From NCBI GenBank assembly GCA_017539865.1, contig JAFYCE010000078.1:27419-91418 (forward strand): DNA of 64,000 nt, written 5' to 3'. The notes beneath the pieces were generated by a model. It saw only the letters and a program-made list of their open reading frames with translations. It made no database searches and had not been told where the DNA came from. This document shows, in pieces, positions 40,274 to 51,306 of this stretch (position 1 is its first letter; each line of letters opens with the position of its first letter). The DNA comes from Alphaproteobacteria bacterium. GTDB taxonomy: Bacteria; Pseudomonadota; Alphaproteobacteria; CAAGCB01; CAG-977. The translations under genes and the position numbers were made by a program.

Positions 40274-42147
40274 CTTTTTGCCGACTTGATATAGCCCAGA
40301 ACGGCCGTCACCGCCGCCGGTGTAATGCCGGAAATGCGCGATGCCGCGCCCAACGTTTCGGGTCGGACTTTCGACAGTTTCATAATCACTTCGTTCGACA
40401 GACCGCCGATTTTCTTATAGTCTATGTCTTTGGGAATTTTCAAAGCTTCGTCTTTGCGGAAAGCGGCGATATCCGCTTCCTGCCGCTGTAAATAACCGCG
40501 GTATCTCGCTTCGATTTCCAGCTGTTCGACGACATCGGCGCGCGTATCTTTCAATTCCGGCCAGACGGCGGAAAGCTTTTTCCAGTCGATTTCCCCGTAC
40601 GCCAGCAAATCAAACCCGTTGCGGTGGGAACCGTCCTTGTTGACTTCAAAGCCGAGTTTTTCCAATTCTCCGGGGGTTCCGCCAATCGCATTCAGTTTTT
40701 GCCGCGCGATTTTCAACGCTTCCGCCTTTTCTTCAAAAGCTTTGCGCCGTTTTTCACCGACACAGCCGATGGCGATACCTTTCGGCGTCAGACGCATATC
40801 CGCGTTGTCCGAACGCAATAAAAGCCGGTATTCGGCACGGGAAGTAAACATACGATAAGGCTCGTCCACACCTTTGGTCGTCAGGTCGTCAATCATCACG
40901 CCCAAATAAGCGTCCGCGCGGTCCAGCGTAAATTCTTTTTCCGACCCGCTTGCCTTTAACGCAGCGTTAATGCCCGCCAAAAGCCCCAAAGCGGCGGCTT
41001 CTTCGTATCCCGTCGTGCCGTTCAGCTGCCCCGCAATAAACAAACCCGATACTTTCTTTGTTTCCAAAGTCGTCCGCATTTCCAACGGATCGACATAATC
41101 GTACTCGATCGCATACCCCGGCCGGATAATCCGCACGTTTTCCAAGCCTTTGATCGAATGAATCATCGCGTCCTGCACGTCGGCGGGCAAAGACGTGGAA
41201 ATCCCGTTCGGATAAACCGTGTCGTCGTCCAATCCTTCGGGTTCCAGAAAGACATGATGGGAATCCCTGTCCGCGAATTTGACCAGTTTATCTTCAATGC
41301 TGGGACAATAACGGGGACCTATGCCCTTAATCTGCCCTGAAAACAGCGGCGCGCGATGCATATTGGCGCGAATGATTTCATGCGTTTTCGTATTTGTCGC
41401 CGTAACATAGCAAGCGATTTGAGGCGTTGTGATTTTGTCGTCCATAAAAGAAAACGGCTCGGGGTCGGAATCGCCTTCCTGCCGCTGAAGAATATCGTAA
41501 TTGATCGTTTTACCGTCCAGTCTTGCCGGCGTTCCCGTTTTCAACCGCCCTACTCTTAATCCTAAACGAATTAAGAAATCGGACAAATGTTCGCAGGAAA
41601 TTTCCCCGACGCGCCCGCCAACCGTCTTTGTTTCCCCGACGTGCATCAACCCGTTCAGGAACGTCCCCGCCGTCAAAACGACCGCTCCCGCCGCATATTG
41701 CGTACCGTCAGATGTAACAATACCTGTCACTTGCGTCGGATTTTCCCGATACATCAGACCTTCGACGGCGGCTTCAATGACGGTCAGATTTTCATAATTC
41801 AGCAATTCCGCCTGCATCGCCTGACGGTAAAGCTTTCTGTCCGCTTGCGTCCTTAATCCCTGAACGGCGGGACCTTTCGAGCTGTTCAGCATACGGAACT
41901 GAATCCCCGCTTTATCGGCGACACGCCCCATTACACCGTCCAAAGCGTCGATTTCGCGCACCAAGTGACCTTTTCCCAATCCGCCGATGGCCGGATTGCA
42001 CGACATTTCCCCGAGCGTGGAAATCTTGTGCGTCAATAAAGCCGTTTTCGCGCCCATGCGCGCTGCCGCCGCCGCCGCTTCACAACCGGCGTGACCGCCG
42101 CCGACAACTATCACATCAAACGTATTCGTCATCATTTCCCTATGCAA
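40270..42147 (-). CDS. mnmG: tRNA uridine 5-carboxymethylaminomethyl modification enzyme MnmG (GidA)
   Basis: FAD motif [14 protein letters not shown] and full-length GidA (625 aa). Confidence 0.96.
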   Translation of the reverse strand: MHREMMTNTFDVIVVGGGHAGCEAAAAAARMGAKTALLTHKISTLGEMSCNPAIGGLGKGHLVREIDALDGVMGRVADKAGIQFRMLNSSKGPAVQGLRTQADRKLYRQAMQAELLNYENLTVIEAAVEGLMYRENPTQVTGIVTSDGTQYAAGAVVLTAGTFLNGLMHVGETKTVGGRVGEISCEHLSDFLIRLGLRVGRLKTGTPARLDGKTINYDILQRQEGDSDPEPFSFMDDKITTPQIACYVTATNTKTHEIIRANMHRAPLFSGQIKGIGPRYCPSIEDKLVKFADRDSHHVFLEPEGLDDDTVYPNGISTSLPADVQDAMIHSIKGLENVRIIRPGYAIEYDYVDPLEMRTTLETKKVSGLFIAGQLNGTTGYEEAAALGLLAGINAALKASGSEKEFTLDRADAYLGVMIDDLTTKGVDEPYRMFTSRAEYRLLLRSDNADMRLTPKGIAIGCVGEKRRKAFEEKAEALKIARQKLNAIGGTPGELEKLGFEVNKDGSHRNGFDLLAYGEIDWKKLSAVWPELKDTRADVVEQLEIEARYRGYLQRQEADIAAFRKDEALKIPKDIDYKKIGGLSNEVIMKLSKVRPETLGAASRISGITPAAVTAVLGYIKSAKS

Positions 42148-43439
42148 AAATCTTTAAAAATAACATCCAGCAGTTCTTCCACCTGCACCTGTCCGGTGAT
42201 TTTTCCCAAAGAACGCATCGCCATGCGCAAGTCTTCCGTCAATAACTCTATTTCGGGCGCATTTAAAGAAGAATCTAAAAATTCAACACATTCCTCCAAC
42301 GCTTTGCGATGGCGCAAACGCGTTAAAGACGGTTCTTCGCGCATTGAAAGCTTTTCTTCGACATACCTGCCGATTTTTTTTAATAAAGCATCGAGTCCCT
42401 GCCCTGTTTTGGCCGAAATCCAGAAATTGCCGTCGTTTTCAGCCGGAACCTGATCGGCCTTGTTCATAATCGGAATGATCTTTTCAGGGTCGAGTCCCCG
42501 CGTTTCCGCTTTGTCTTTTTGTCCGTTTGCGTCCGTCAGCCATAACACAAGGTCAGCCTCCTCCGCTCTGGCTTTCGCGCGACGTACGCCTTCAGCTTCG
42601 ATTTCCTCCACCGTATCGCGCAATCCCGCCGTATCCGCCACAATGACCGGATAACCGTTGATATCCAACCGGACTTCAATCACGTCGCGCGTCGTTCCCG
42701 CCGTGGAAGACACAATCGCCACGTCGCGCTGCGCCAGACGGTTCATCAGACTGGACTTGCCCGCGTTCGGTGCTCCGATGATCGCAATTTGCAATCCGTC
42801 GCGCAGTCTTTCCCCGCGCCTTCCGTCGTTCAGATGTTTTTCGATTCCCTCTTTCAAAGACATAATCTTGCCGCGGACTTCGGCGGAAACACTTTCGGGG
42901 ATTTCCTCTTCGGGAAAATCAATATACGCTTCCATCCACGCCAGAACGTGCATCAATTCGCCGTGCCAGCGTTCGTAAATCTTGGCCAAAGCGCCGTTCA
43001 TCTGACGCAACGCCTGCCGTCTTTGCTGCTCCGTTTCGGCATCAATCAAATCCGCCATGCCTTCGGCGGCGGTCAGATCCATTTTGCCGTTTTCGACCGC
43101 GCGTCTGGTAAATTCGCCGCGCTCGGCCGGTCTAAATCCATCTATTTTTGCCAGTTCCGCAAGCAATATCGCCGTAATCGCCCGACCGCCGTGCGTTTGG
43201 AACTCGACCACATCTTCGCCCGTAAAGCTGTTCGGATTTGGAAAATAAATAACCAACGCTTCATCAATCTGAAGGCCGTCAAGCGTATGAATCTCAGATA
43301 AGACGGCTTTTCGGGGAACGGGATTTTGAATCGGCGTCATCAAATGAACGGCCTTCAAAGCTTCCGCGCCCGAAACGCGCACAATGGCCACACCGGCTTT
43401 TCCCAAAGCCGTTGCCGGTGCAAAAATCGTTGCGCTCAT
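42132..43439 (-). CDS. mnmE: tRNA modification GTPase MnmE (TrmE)
   Basis: G-domain [18 protein letters not shown], and C-terminal ...CIGK; overlaps mnmG by 16 nt. Confidence 0.95.
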   Translation of the reverse strand: MSATIFAPATALGKAGVAIVRVSGAEALKAVHLMTPIQNPVPRKAVLSEIHTLDGLQIDEALVIYFPNPNSFTGEDVVEFQTHGGRAITAILLAELAKIDGFRPAERGEFTRRAVENGKMDLTAAEGMADLIDAETEQQRRQALRQMNGALAKIYERWHGELMHVLAWMEAYIDFPEEEIPESVSAEVRGKIMSLKEGIEKHLNDGRRGERLRDGLQIAIIGAPNAGKSSLMNRLAQRDVAIVSSTAGTTRDVIEVRLDINGYPVIVADTAGLRDTVEEIEAEGVRRAKARAEEADLVLWLTDANGQKDKAETRGLDPEKIIPIMNKADQVPAENDGNFWISAKTGQGLDALLKKIGRYVEEKLSMREEPSLTRLRHRKALEECVEFLDSSLNAPEIELLTEDLRMAMRSLGKITGQVQVEELLDVIFKDFCIGK

Positions 43440-43477
43440 TGTTTTCGTCCTTTAAAACTTTTGTTGAGCCTGTCTTA

Positions 43478-43999
43478 TCACGTTCTGTTCCGTTTTAAAA
43501 GAATATAAAAAGCGCCGTCGCCGCCGTCTTTCGGCTGTGCCGTCGTATAAGACAAAACCAAGCTTCTTATTTCCGCCGAATTCATCCAGACAGGCATTTC
43601 GGCCTTTAAAACACCGCGTCCCAACAGTCCGCCCTTTCCCGTAATCACCAGCAGACAACGCGCGTTCCGGCGGCTTTGATCGTGAATGAAATTTTTCAGC
43701 ACGTCAAAAGCTTTATCCAGCGTATAACCGTGCAAATCAAGCCGCGCGTCGATTTGCATCGCTCCGGCTTTGAAACGCTGTCCCGTTTTTTTATCCATCG
43801 CATGCAGATCGCCCTGTATCAGCGGATCGCAAACCGCATAGTTGAAATCCGGACTGTGGCGGGATGGTTGAAAGTCGATTGTCAGCTTTTTGCGCAAAGA
43901 AACATGTTCGGATTTTTTGGCCGGCGTTTTGGAATTTAAAGGCCGGACAGTATCCGTCACCGCTTTCCATAAAGCTTCATCGTCGTTTTTATCAGTCAT
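43478..43999 (-). CDS. Smr-domain protein
   Basis: C-terminal Smr motif (IDLHGYTLDKAF...LLVITGKG). Confidence 0.75.
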   Translation of the reverse strand: MTDKNDDEALWKAVTDTVRPLNSKTPAKKSEHVSLRKKLTIDFQPSRHSPDFNYAVCDPLIQGDLHAMDKKTGQRFKAGAMQIDARLDLHGYTLDKAFDVLKNFIHDQSRRNARCLLVITGKGGLLGRGVLKAEMPVWMNSAEIRSLVLSYTTAQPKDGGDGAFYILLKRNRT

Positions 44000-44489
44000 T
44001 TTGTTCTTTATCCTTCGACATCGCGTCTTGAGGAATCAAATCTGAAAAATAAGCTTGAGTAAACTGTTTCCAATTTCCGAAAGGCGCCCGACAGGAATAT
44101 CGGGGATCGGCCGTTAAAACAAGGGTAATGCCGCCATACCGCCAAGCGATTAAAAATTTTTCTATTCTGGGAACAATACGTTTCATGACACGGTTTTGCA
44201 TAAACGGTTCCAAAAAATAAGGCATTAAAAACGCATATCCGACACATAAAGCCATCAAAACCGCCGTTCCGATGATTAAATTACGGAAAATCATCAAAAA
44301 TAAAGACATTCCCAAGATAAACAATAAAGGCAAAACGTTTTCCCACGGATTGAAAAACGGCGATTTGAACCGGTTCAACCGTTTAAAATTGATACTGATA
44401 AACGCTTTTTTTTCAACCAATGCGCGCTGTAATCCTTGAAAAACCATCAAATCTTCCCGCGTCGGCGGCTTTATGGCAAATTTATCCAT
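43992..44489 (-). CDS. Hypothetical membrane protein
   Basis: Two or three TM segments, located between mltA and smr. Confidence 0.4.
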   Translation of the reverse strand: MDKFAIKPPTREDLMVFQGLQRALVEKKAFISINFKRLNRFKSPFFNPWENVLPLLFILGMSLFLMIFRNLIIGTAVLMALCVGYAFLMPYFLEPFMQNRVMKRIVPRIEKFLIAWRYGGITLVLTADPRYSCRAPFGNWKQFTQAYFSDLIPQDAMSKDKEQND

Positions 44490-44490
44490 T

Positions 44491-45624
44491 TCAATTTCCT
44501 TTCGGCAATAGCAAAAAATAAGTTCCCTGACTTCTCATGCTTCCGGCCTCTTTTAAAGCCTTTTTTCCCGTTCCCCAGAAAAAATCCCCGCGAACGGCTC
44601 CTTTGATGGCGCTGCCGGTATCCTGCGCCGTTACCAGACGGCTTAAATCCGTTTTATCATGTTTTGCCTGCAGCCATAAAAAACTGCCCAAAGGAATGTA
44701 AGCCGGATCAACAGCCAGACTTCTGCCTGCCGTCAAAGGCACGCCCAAAGCTCCGACAGCCTCCGGTTTATCAAGCTTTTTAAAGAAAATATAACGCTTG
44801 TTTTCATGCATCATTTCCCGTGCCCGTTCAGGATTTGCAATCAGCCAATCCCTGATTTCAGACATCGTGTAAACGCCTTTTTCCAACAATCCCTTTTTGG
44901 CCATGACACTGCCAATTCCGGTAAAACGATGACCGTTATTACCATCGTAACCGATTCCGATTTTTTCCCCGTCCGGCAGTTTCAATATACCCGATCCTTG
45001 AATATGCAGAATGAACAAATCGACCGGTTCTTTGACCCATCCGATAATATCCGCCGGAAATTTTACTTTTCCGGTTTCGATTTCCTTACGTGTCAGATAG
45101 GGTGTGATTTCTTTGCCGTTCTGTTTGCCAAACAGGATTTCGCCTTTGTATTTCCGATTGAACCTGCCCAAATCGATCCGGAAAATATCCTGCGGCAATC
45201 CGTAAACGGGGGTTGTATATTCTTCCGTTTGAGTAAGAGACCCCTCTATTTCAGGCTCGTAATAACCGGTAAAAAGCCCTTTTTGTCCGTTATTAACGGC
45301 ATAAGGCTGAAAATTTTCTTTCAGAAAATTCCTTAATTCCCGATCCGATTGAAAAGAATTGTTCAGACGTTTGCAAACGGCTTTCCATTGTTCGTATTTT
45401 TTCAAAACAATGCATGATTTTCTCAAAGCCGGCAAAGCGTCCAGCATTTTATCCGTTTCAAATCCGTTTAATTGATTGAAATTGACCGCCGCAAGTTTTA
45501 TCCCCTTGGGCAATTCGGCAATAAAAGAAATCTTTTCCGCCGGCTTTTCCGATGCTTTTCTGAAACAGAACGACAGACCGGCGATCAAAACGGCACAAAG
45601 AATGATAAAAACGTTTTTCATCAA
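44491..45624 (-). CDS. mltA: Membrane-bound lytic murein transglycosylase A
   Basis: MltA domain plus C-terminal 3D domain (GSAIKGAVRGDFFWGTG...GTYFLLLPK); N-terminal signal/lipoprotein-like sequence. Confidence 0.85.
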   Translation of the reverse strand: MMKNVFIILCAVLIAGLSFCFRKASEKPAEKISFIAELPKGIKLAAVNFNQLNGFETDKMLDALPALRKSCIVLKKYEQWKAVCKRLNNSFQSDRELRNFLKENFQPYAVNNGQKGLFTGYYEPEIEGSLTQTEEYTTPVYGLPQDIFRIDLGRFNRKYKGEILFGKQNGKEITPYLTRKEIETGKVKFPADIIGWVKEPVDLFILHIQGSGILKLPDGEKIGIGYDGNNGHRFTGIGSVMAKKGLLEKGVYTMSEIRDWLIANPERAREMMHENKRYIFFKKLDKPEAVGALGVPLTAGRSLAVDPAYIPLGSFLWLQAKHDKTDLSRLVTAQDTGSAIKGAVRGDFFWGTGKKALKEAGSMRSQGTYFLLLPKGN

Positions 45625-45627
45625 GCC

Positions 45628-46314
45628 TTATTTACTGTGTGTTGCCGTTAACACCCAAACCGGATTGTCCGACCGCATATCCTTTTTCAAAGTCCAGATA
45701 TCGGTTACCGTTTCAATATAAGTCGGATCGCCAACAATAACTTCTCCGTCAGCGTTTTTAACGATATTGGTTTGTTCCGTTTCAAATTCAACGGTCAATT
45801 CGACTTCACTGCCGAACAATCGGGCATCGGTCAATCTGATGGATTTAAACCCGATTAAGCTGAATTCCGCCGTTTCATGGCGTTCATAACGTTCATCAAT
45901 CACTTTTTCAAAGCTTTTGTAAATATCATTACTTAACAACGGCTTCAAGCTTTCCTTATCTCCTTTAGCGAAAGCCGAAGCGATATATTCGAACGCCCGC
46001 GGCGCTTTTTGCATAAAATCGACCAGATCAAAAACGGGAAAAGCTTCTTTGATTTTTTTCAAGCTTTGAACGATTTCGGCGTCTTCTTCAAAGTCGGCGT
46101 TTGCGGCGACATCCGGTTTCAGTTTAGCACCGGTCGTACTTTCCAGCGTTCTGTATTCTGAAATCTCAACGATATTGGAAGATTCCCCCGTTTCGTTTTT
46201 AACGGAATTATCAGCTGAAGGACGCGTTCCCAAAACGCTGCGCAAACGATTGACCAACAGTAAAACGACTATTCCCAAAAAGACGATGTCCAAAAATTGA
46301 AACTGTTGTAACAT
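45628..46314 (-). CDS. Tim44-like domain protein
   Basis: N-terminal TM segment followed by a C-terminal Tim44-like fold; conserved alphaproteobacterial position between secB and mltA. Confidence 0.7.
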   Translation of the reverse strand: MLQQFQFLDIVFLGIVVLLLVNRLRSVLGTRPSADNSVKNETGESSNIVEISEYRTLESTTGAKLKPDVAANADFEEDAEIVQSLKKIKEAFPVFDLVDFMQKAPRAFEYIASAFAKGDKESLKPLLSNDIYKSFEKVIDERYERHETAEFSLIGFKSIRLTDARLFGSEVELTVEFETEQTNIVKNADGEVIVGDPTYIETVTDIWTLKKDMRSDNPVWVLTATHSK

Positions 46315-46393
46315 AATTTTTTAACCTTCTTTCTTTCCTTCCCGATTCAATTAGGATAGAGTATACCAGATTTTTAATTCAGGAGAATACTTT

Positions 46394-46873
46394 ATGAGCG
46401 AAAATAATACCGAAAATACCCAACAACAGCAAGTCGCCATTGCAATCAACGCGCAATTTGTCAAGGATATTTCATTCGAAGCCCCGCATGTCCCCCAAAT
46501 TTTCACCGAAGTGAAAACCAATCCCGAAATCAATGTCAATGTCGACGTCCAAGCCGGCAAAATTCAGGACACGGTTTATCAGGTCGGCTTAAAAATTAAA
46601 GCCGAAGCCAAAGTGGAAGACAAGGTAGCTTTTTTATGTGAAGTCGAATACGGCTGTATTGCGACCGTTCAAGTGCCGCCGGAACATGTCGAACCGATTT
46701 TATTGATTGAAATTCCGCGTTTACTGTTCCCGTTTGCGCGCAACATCATTGCCGACCTGACTCGTGAAAGCGGATTCCCGCCCTTGATGATCAATCCGAT
46801 CGATTTTGTCGGCCTGTATCATAAACGGTTGGAAGAACTGAAAAAAGAAAAAGAAGCCACAACGGTCAACTGA
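46394..46873 (+). CDS. secB: Protein-export chaperone SecB
   Basis: 159 aa with SecB-like blocks (QFVKDISFEAP...; LLFPFARNIIADLTRESGFPPLMINPIDF). Confidence 0.9.
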   Translation: MSENNTENTQQQQVAIAINAQFVKDISFEAPHVPQIFTEVKTNPEINVNVDVQAGKIQDTVYQVGLKIKAEAKVEDKVAFLCEVEYGCIATVQVPPEHVEPILLIEIPRLLFPFARNIIADLTRESGFPPLMINPIDFVGLYHKRLEELKKEKEATTVN

Positions 46874-47555
46874 ACCACATAGGATCTTTCAATTTTTTTA
46901 AAAAAGCCTCGTGATTCTCCGCTTCCCCCTCTAAAAAAACGGCAGGACGCGGTTCTTTGCGGGGCTTTTTAATATGTTCCGAGGAACGCGCCTTGATTTC
47001 TAAAGCGCTTTCCTCTTTTTTCATGCCGAGAACAAACCCCGGTTCACGGCCTCCCAAAAGTTCCAGATATACTTCGGCCAACAACTCGGAATCCAGCAAC
47101 GCCCCGTGCTTTGTACGCTTGGTATTGTCTATGCCGAACCGGCGGCAAAGTTCGTCCAGATTGACACGGGAACCGGGGAATTTCCGTTTGGCAATCAGCA
47201 AAGTGTCAATCGCCCTTTCCATCGGAATGGGATCCCGTTTGATCCACGATAATTCCGCATTGATAAACTTCATATCAAATTCGGCGTTATGAATGACTAA
47301 CGGAGAATCCCCGATAAAAGCCAGAAAATCGTCGACGATATCACGGAACGGCGGTTCCTTGTCCAGAATTTCGTTGGTCAATCCGTGAACTTTGACGACT
47401 TCTTCCGGAACATCGCGCTCCGGATTGATCAGCTGATAATACGTTTTGCCGGTCGGCATATGGTTTTCCAGTTCGACACAACCGATCGACACCAGCTTAT
47501 GCCCCGAATACGGGTCAAGTCCCGTCGTTTCCGTATCTAAAACAATCTCTCTCAT
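46866..47555 (-). CDS. dnaQ: DNA polymerase III epsilon subunit (3'-5' exonuclease)
   Basis: Exo I DTETTG, Exo II (HNAEFD), Exo III (HGALLDSELLAEVY). Confidence 0.92.
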   Translation of the reverse strand: MREIVLDTETTGLDPYSGHKLVSIGCVELENHMPTGKTYYQLINPERDVPEEVVKVHGLTNEILDKEPPFRDIVDDFLAFIGDSPLVIHNAEFDMKFINAELSWIKRDPIPMERAIDTLLIAKRKFPGSRVNLDELCRRFGIDNTKRTKHGALLDSELLAEVYLELLGGREPGFVLGMKKEESALEIKARSSEHIKKPRKEPRPAVFLEGEAENHEAFLKKLKDPMWFS

Positions 47556-48139
47556 TCGATTTCTTCCATAATTTCAGTCAACTGCCGACGCACCGGTTCA
47601 ATTCCGTATTGTGTTTCAATGACATAATCCGCTTTTTTCCGTTTTTCTTCATCGGATATCTGACGTGCGGTTAAAGCTTGATATTTTTCCTCCGTCATGC
47701 CGGAGCGTTCGAAAACACGCCGTTTCAACACCTCCGCCGGCGCGGATACGACAATGATTTTATCGCAGAATTTGTCCCACCCCGCTTCAAACAGTAAAGG
47801 CACATCCAAAACGACCAGCCGTTCTGAACGATGACGCATGAAAAAGTTCCGCAATTCCTTTTCCAAAAAAGGATAAATCATTTTTTCCAGCTGCCGGACG
47901 TCAAGCTTTCCTTCTTTAATCAAAACGGATAGAATGGAACGGTCGATTTCGTCATTGACGACACTTTCCGGAAACTTGCGATAAAACAAAGCTTTCATTT
48001 CCCGATTGTCCCGCATCAGGATATGCACGGCTTGATCGGCCTCAAAAACGGGAATGATCATTTCACGGATCATCTTGACGGCGGTCGATTTTCCGGCGCC
48101 CATATTTCCGGTCAATCCGACAATAACGCTTTTTGTCAT
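47552..48139 (-). CDS. coaE: Dephospho-CoA kinase
   Basis: P-loop GLTGNMGAGKST. Start assigned to the internal ATG (MTKSVIVGLTG); the ORF track extends to 48211. Confidence 0.85.
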   Translation of the reverse strand: MTKSVIVGLTGNMGAGKSTAVKMIREMIIPVFEADQAVHILMRDNREMKALFYRKFPESVVNDEIDRSILSVLIKEGKLDVRQLEKMIYPFLEKELRNFFMRHRSERLVVLDVPLLFEAGWDKFCDKIIVVSAPAEVLKRRVFERSGMTEEKYQALTARQISDEEKRKKADYVIETQYGIEPVRRQLTEIMEEIE

Positions 48140-48990
48140 GTCAAAACAAGATCCCTTAATTCCGGCGTAATTTCCGGCATGACACCAAACCAAGCCTGAA
48201 AAGCCGGACACGCCTGATGCAGAAGCATTCCCAATCCGTCCGCCGTAATGTACCCTTTTTCTTCGGCTTGTTTCAATAATGCCGTTTTCAAAGGAGAATA
48301 CACCAGATCCGCGACAATCGCCGACGCATCCAAACCGGACAGGTCGATTTCCAGCGGATCGAACCCGTTCATCCCGAGTGTCGTTGCATTGGCAAGCAAT
48401 CCTGCGTCATTTAAAACCGTTTCTTTTTTACTCCATTCGATCAGACGAAAATTCCCGCCGACCGAAGCGGCAAGTTTTTCGGCTTTTTCCCTTGTCCTGT
48501 AAACCAGCCTGATTTCCGGCACGCCGGCTAAGACCAGAGCCGCACAAACTCCTCTGGCCGCTCCGCCCGTTCCCAAAATGACAACGGGTTTTTGCTTAAT
48601 ATCAAAGTCTTTCTTTTTTTCCTGAATATTGGCTAAAAAGCCTAAACCGTCCGTGTTATGTCCGAATAAAGTCCCGTCTTTTCCGACAATGACGGTATTG
48701 ACGGCGCCCGCTTTTTTCGCCGCATCGGACAGCTCGTCCATCAATTTCATCACGGCGACTTTATGCGGAACGGTGACGTTGATTCCGGCAAAATCTTTTT
48801 CTTTTAAAGAAAGTATAAATTTTTCCAGTTCTTCCGGCTTGACTTCAAAAGCATCGTATTGCGCCTGAACGCCGTATTTTTTCAGCCAGTAATTATGAAT
48901 AACCGGAGATTTTGAATGATGAACGGGAAAACCGATGACGCCGGCCCTTTTCAAGGTCATTTTTTCAGTTCCCCGCACTGGCGCAGACAA
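48136..48990 (-). CDS. aroE: Shikimate dehydrogenase
   Basis: GVIGFPVHHSKSP, ILGTGGAARG, ...NTVI...G.NTDG.G.; the exact start is uncertain. Confidence 0.88.
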   Translation of the reverse strand: MSAPVRGTEKMTLKRAGVIGFPVHHSKSPVIHNYWLKKYGVQAQYDAFEVKPEELEKFILSLKEKDFAGINVTVPHKVAVMKLMDELSDAAKKAGAVNTVIVGKDGTLFGHNTDGLGFLANIQEKKKDFDIKQKPVVILGTGGAARGVCAALVLAGVPEIRLVYRTREKAEKLAASVGGNFRLIEWSKKETVLNDAGLLANATTLGMNGFDPLEIDLSGLDASAIVADLVYSPLKTALLKQAEEKGYITADGLGMLLHQACPAFQAWFGVMPEITPELRDLVLT

Positions 48991-49547
48991 TCCAACAACG
49001 GCAGCAAAGGCAGTCCCAAAACCGAAAAATAATCGCCTTCAAAAGACTTTACCAGCTGCGCGCCCAAGTCCTCCATATAATAAGCCCCGACAGAATAACA
49101 AACTTCTTCACCCGCTTCCGCCAGATAATCATCAAGAAAATTATCGGAAAAGTCGCGCATTGTCACTTTAACGACAGAATTGTCAAACCAAATCAATTTT
49201 CCGTTTTTAACAACCGCCGTCCCGTTCACCAATAAATGCGTCTTATTGCGCAGTTTTTTCAAATGTTTGTGCGCCATGCTCAAATCGGCCGGTTTTGAAA
49301 ACCATTCGCCGTTCATGTCCAGAATCTGATCCGCGCCGATAACGAAGGCTTTCGGATACTTTTTAGAAACGGCCATCGCTTTTTCGGTCGCCAGTTTCAA
49401 GCTTGCCTGTTTGCTGTCGCAACCGGCGGAGCGCATTTCGGATTTGATCGTTTCCTCGTCAATATCGGCGGAAACGCTTTTAAACTCAACGCCCGCAGCG
49501 TCCAAAAGGTCTTGCCTGCTTTTGCTTTGAGAAGCCAATATCAACAT
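48957..49547 (-). CDS. maf: Maf-family nucleotide pyrophosphatase (septum formation protein)
   Basis: MLILASQSKSRQDLL... Maf signature; the internal ATG (49547) is favoured over 49586. Confidence 0.85.
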   Translation of the reverse strand: MLILASQSKSRQDLLDAAGVEFKSVSADIDEETIKSEMRSAGCDSKQASLKLATEKAMAVSKKYPKAFVIGADQILDMNGEWFSKPADLSMAHKHLKKLRNKTHLLVNGTAVVKNGKLIWFDNSVVKVTMRDFSDNFLDDYLAEAGEEVCYSVGAYYMEDLGAQLVKSFEGDYFSVLGLPLLPLLDCLRQCGELKK

Positions 49548-49974
49548 TTTTCCACACTCCTGTGTATAAGTCTGATAAAACAACATTCGATTTATTTTTA
49601 TCCCTTTTATGCCATTATGTCCCGTTTTTTATGCATATGTGTATAAAAATTTTTATTTGTTTGACTATAACGGGGATAACGACTTATCCCCGTTATCCAC
49701 AAAACGGAGCGACTCGCCGTAATATTGTTTTTTCCGTTTTTTTATTTTTTATTTTTCCAGAATAAGGGGACTGTGACCGTTTCTGTTGAAAACCTGTTGA
49801 TAAAAAAGTATCCGACTTATGCACAGAAACAAAGGATAACAACATCCTTTTTTATATAATTTATTGAAGATATTTTTTTCAGCTTGACCGGAAACGCCAA
49901 AAAAGATAAAACAAAACTCTCTTCTCTTTGGCGATATTCCGCCGTTTTCCAATCATAACAAAGACAGAATAAAT

Positions 49975-51228
49975 ATGCATTTGAAGAATCTGAAAAAGAA
50001 ATCTCCGGCCGAGTTGTTGAATATGGCGGAGGAATTAGGCGTTGAAAACGCCTCGACGTTAAGAACGCAGGACTTGACTTTTGCCATTTTGAAACAGTTG
50101 GCAAACAACGAAGAAACCCTTTTGGACGAAGGCGTCATCGAGGTTTTGCAGGACGGTTTCGGCTTTTTGCGTTCACCGGAATCCAACTATTTGCCGGGAC
50201 CGGACGACATTTACGTTTCCCCCAGTCAGGTCAAAAAGTTCGGTTTGAGAACCGGTGACACGGTTGAAGGCGAACTCCGCGCTCCGAAAGACGGCGAAAG
50301 ATACTTTGCCCTTTCCAAGATTTCCAAGATTAACTTTGCCGATCCGGAAAACGTGCGTTACCGCATTAATTTCGATAACCTGACACCGCTGCATCCGAAC
50401 GAAAAAATCAGGATGGAAAACGATCTGGACAACAAAAACATGACGTCCAGAATCATCGACCTGATCTGTCCGCAGGGCAAAGGTCAGCGCGGCATGATTG
50501 TCGCGCCGCCCAGAACGGGTAAAACCGTCATGCTGCAAAATATCGCGCACGCGATTACGCAAAACAATCCGGAAATCTATCTGATTGTCCTGTTGATTGA
50601 CGAACGCCCCGAAGAAGTCACGGAAATGAGCCGCACGATTCAAGGCGAAGTCATCAGTTCGACGTTTGACGAACCGGCTTCCCGTCACGTTCAGGTTGCC
50701 GAAATGGTTATTGAAAAGGCTAAGAGACTGGTTGAACACAAGCGCGATGTCGTTATTCTGCTTGACTCGATTACGCGTCTGGCGCGCGCTTATAACACGG
50801 TCGTGCCAAGCTCCGGAAAGGTCTTGACCGGCGGCGTCGACGCCAACGCTTTGCAAAAACCGAAACGCTTTTTCGGCGCGGCCAGAAATATCGAGGAAGG
50901 CGGTTCCCTGACGATTATCGCCACTGCTTTGATCGATACGGGATCCCGTATGGACGAAGTGATTTTTGAAGAATTCAAAGGTACGGGCAATTCTGAAATC
51001 ATTCTGGATCGCAAAGTGTCCGACAAGCGTATTTTCCCCGCAATCGACATTACGAAGTCCGGTACGCGCAAGGAAGAATTGCTGGTTGGTAAAGACATGC
51101 TGTCGAAAATGTGGGTTCTGCGTCGTGTGCTGATGCCGATGGGACCGGCGGACGCAATGGAGTTTTTGATGGAAAAACTGAAACAATCGAAAAACAATCA
51201 CGACTTTTTCGACGCGATGAACTCTTAG
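49975..51228 (+). CDS. rho: Transcription termination factor Rho
   Basis: N-terminal RNA-binding domain, Walker [18 protein letters not shown], and Q/R loops; 417 aa. Preceded by a long AT-rich leader. Confidence 0.97.
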   Translation: MHLKNLKKKSPAELLNMAEELGVENASTLRTQDLTFAILKQLANNEETLLDEGVIEVLQDGFGFLRSPESNYLPGPDDIYVSPSQVKKFGLRTGDTVEGELRAPKDGERYFALSKISKINFADPENVRYRINFDNLTPLHPNEKIRMENDLDNKNMTSRIIDLICPQGKGQRGMIVAPPRTGKTVMLQNIAHAITQNNPEIYLIVLLIDERPEEVTEMSRTIQGEVISSTFDEPASRHVQVAEMVIEKAKRLVEHKRDVVILLDSITRLARAYNTVVPSSGKVLTGGVDANALQKPKRFFGAARNIEEGGSLTIIATALIDTGSRMDEVIFEEFKGTGNSEIILDRKVSDKRIFPAIDITKSGTRKEELLVGKDMLSKMWVLRRVLMPMGPADAMEFLMEKLKQSKNNHDFFDAMNS

Positions 51229-51306
51229 TATTGCCCGTACGGGATATTTCATACGGGAAATAACGCCCTCCCCGACGGGAGGAATTTAATTTGAAAGGGT
51301 TGAACA

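Noticed and set aside
49560-49974. Long AT-rich intergenic region with a 67 aa ORF (49562..49765) upstream of rho
   Set aside because: rho genes typically have long, structured, autoregulated leaders. The small ORF has no RBS and low-complexity codons, and is more likely a non-coding leader.
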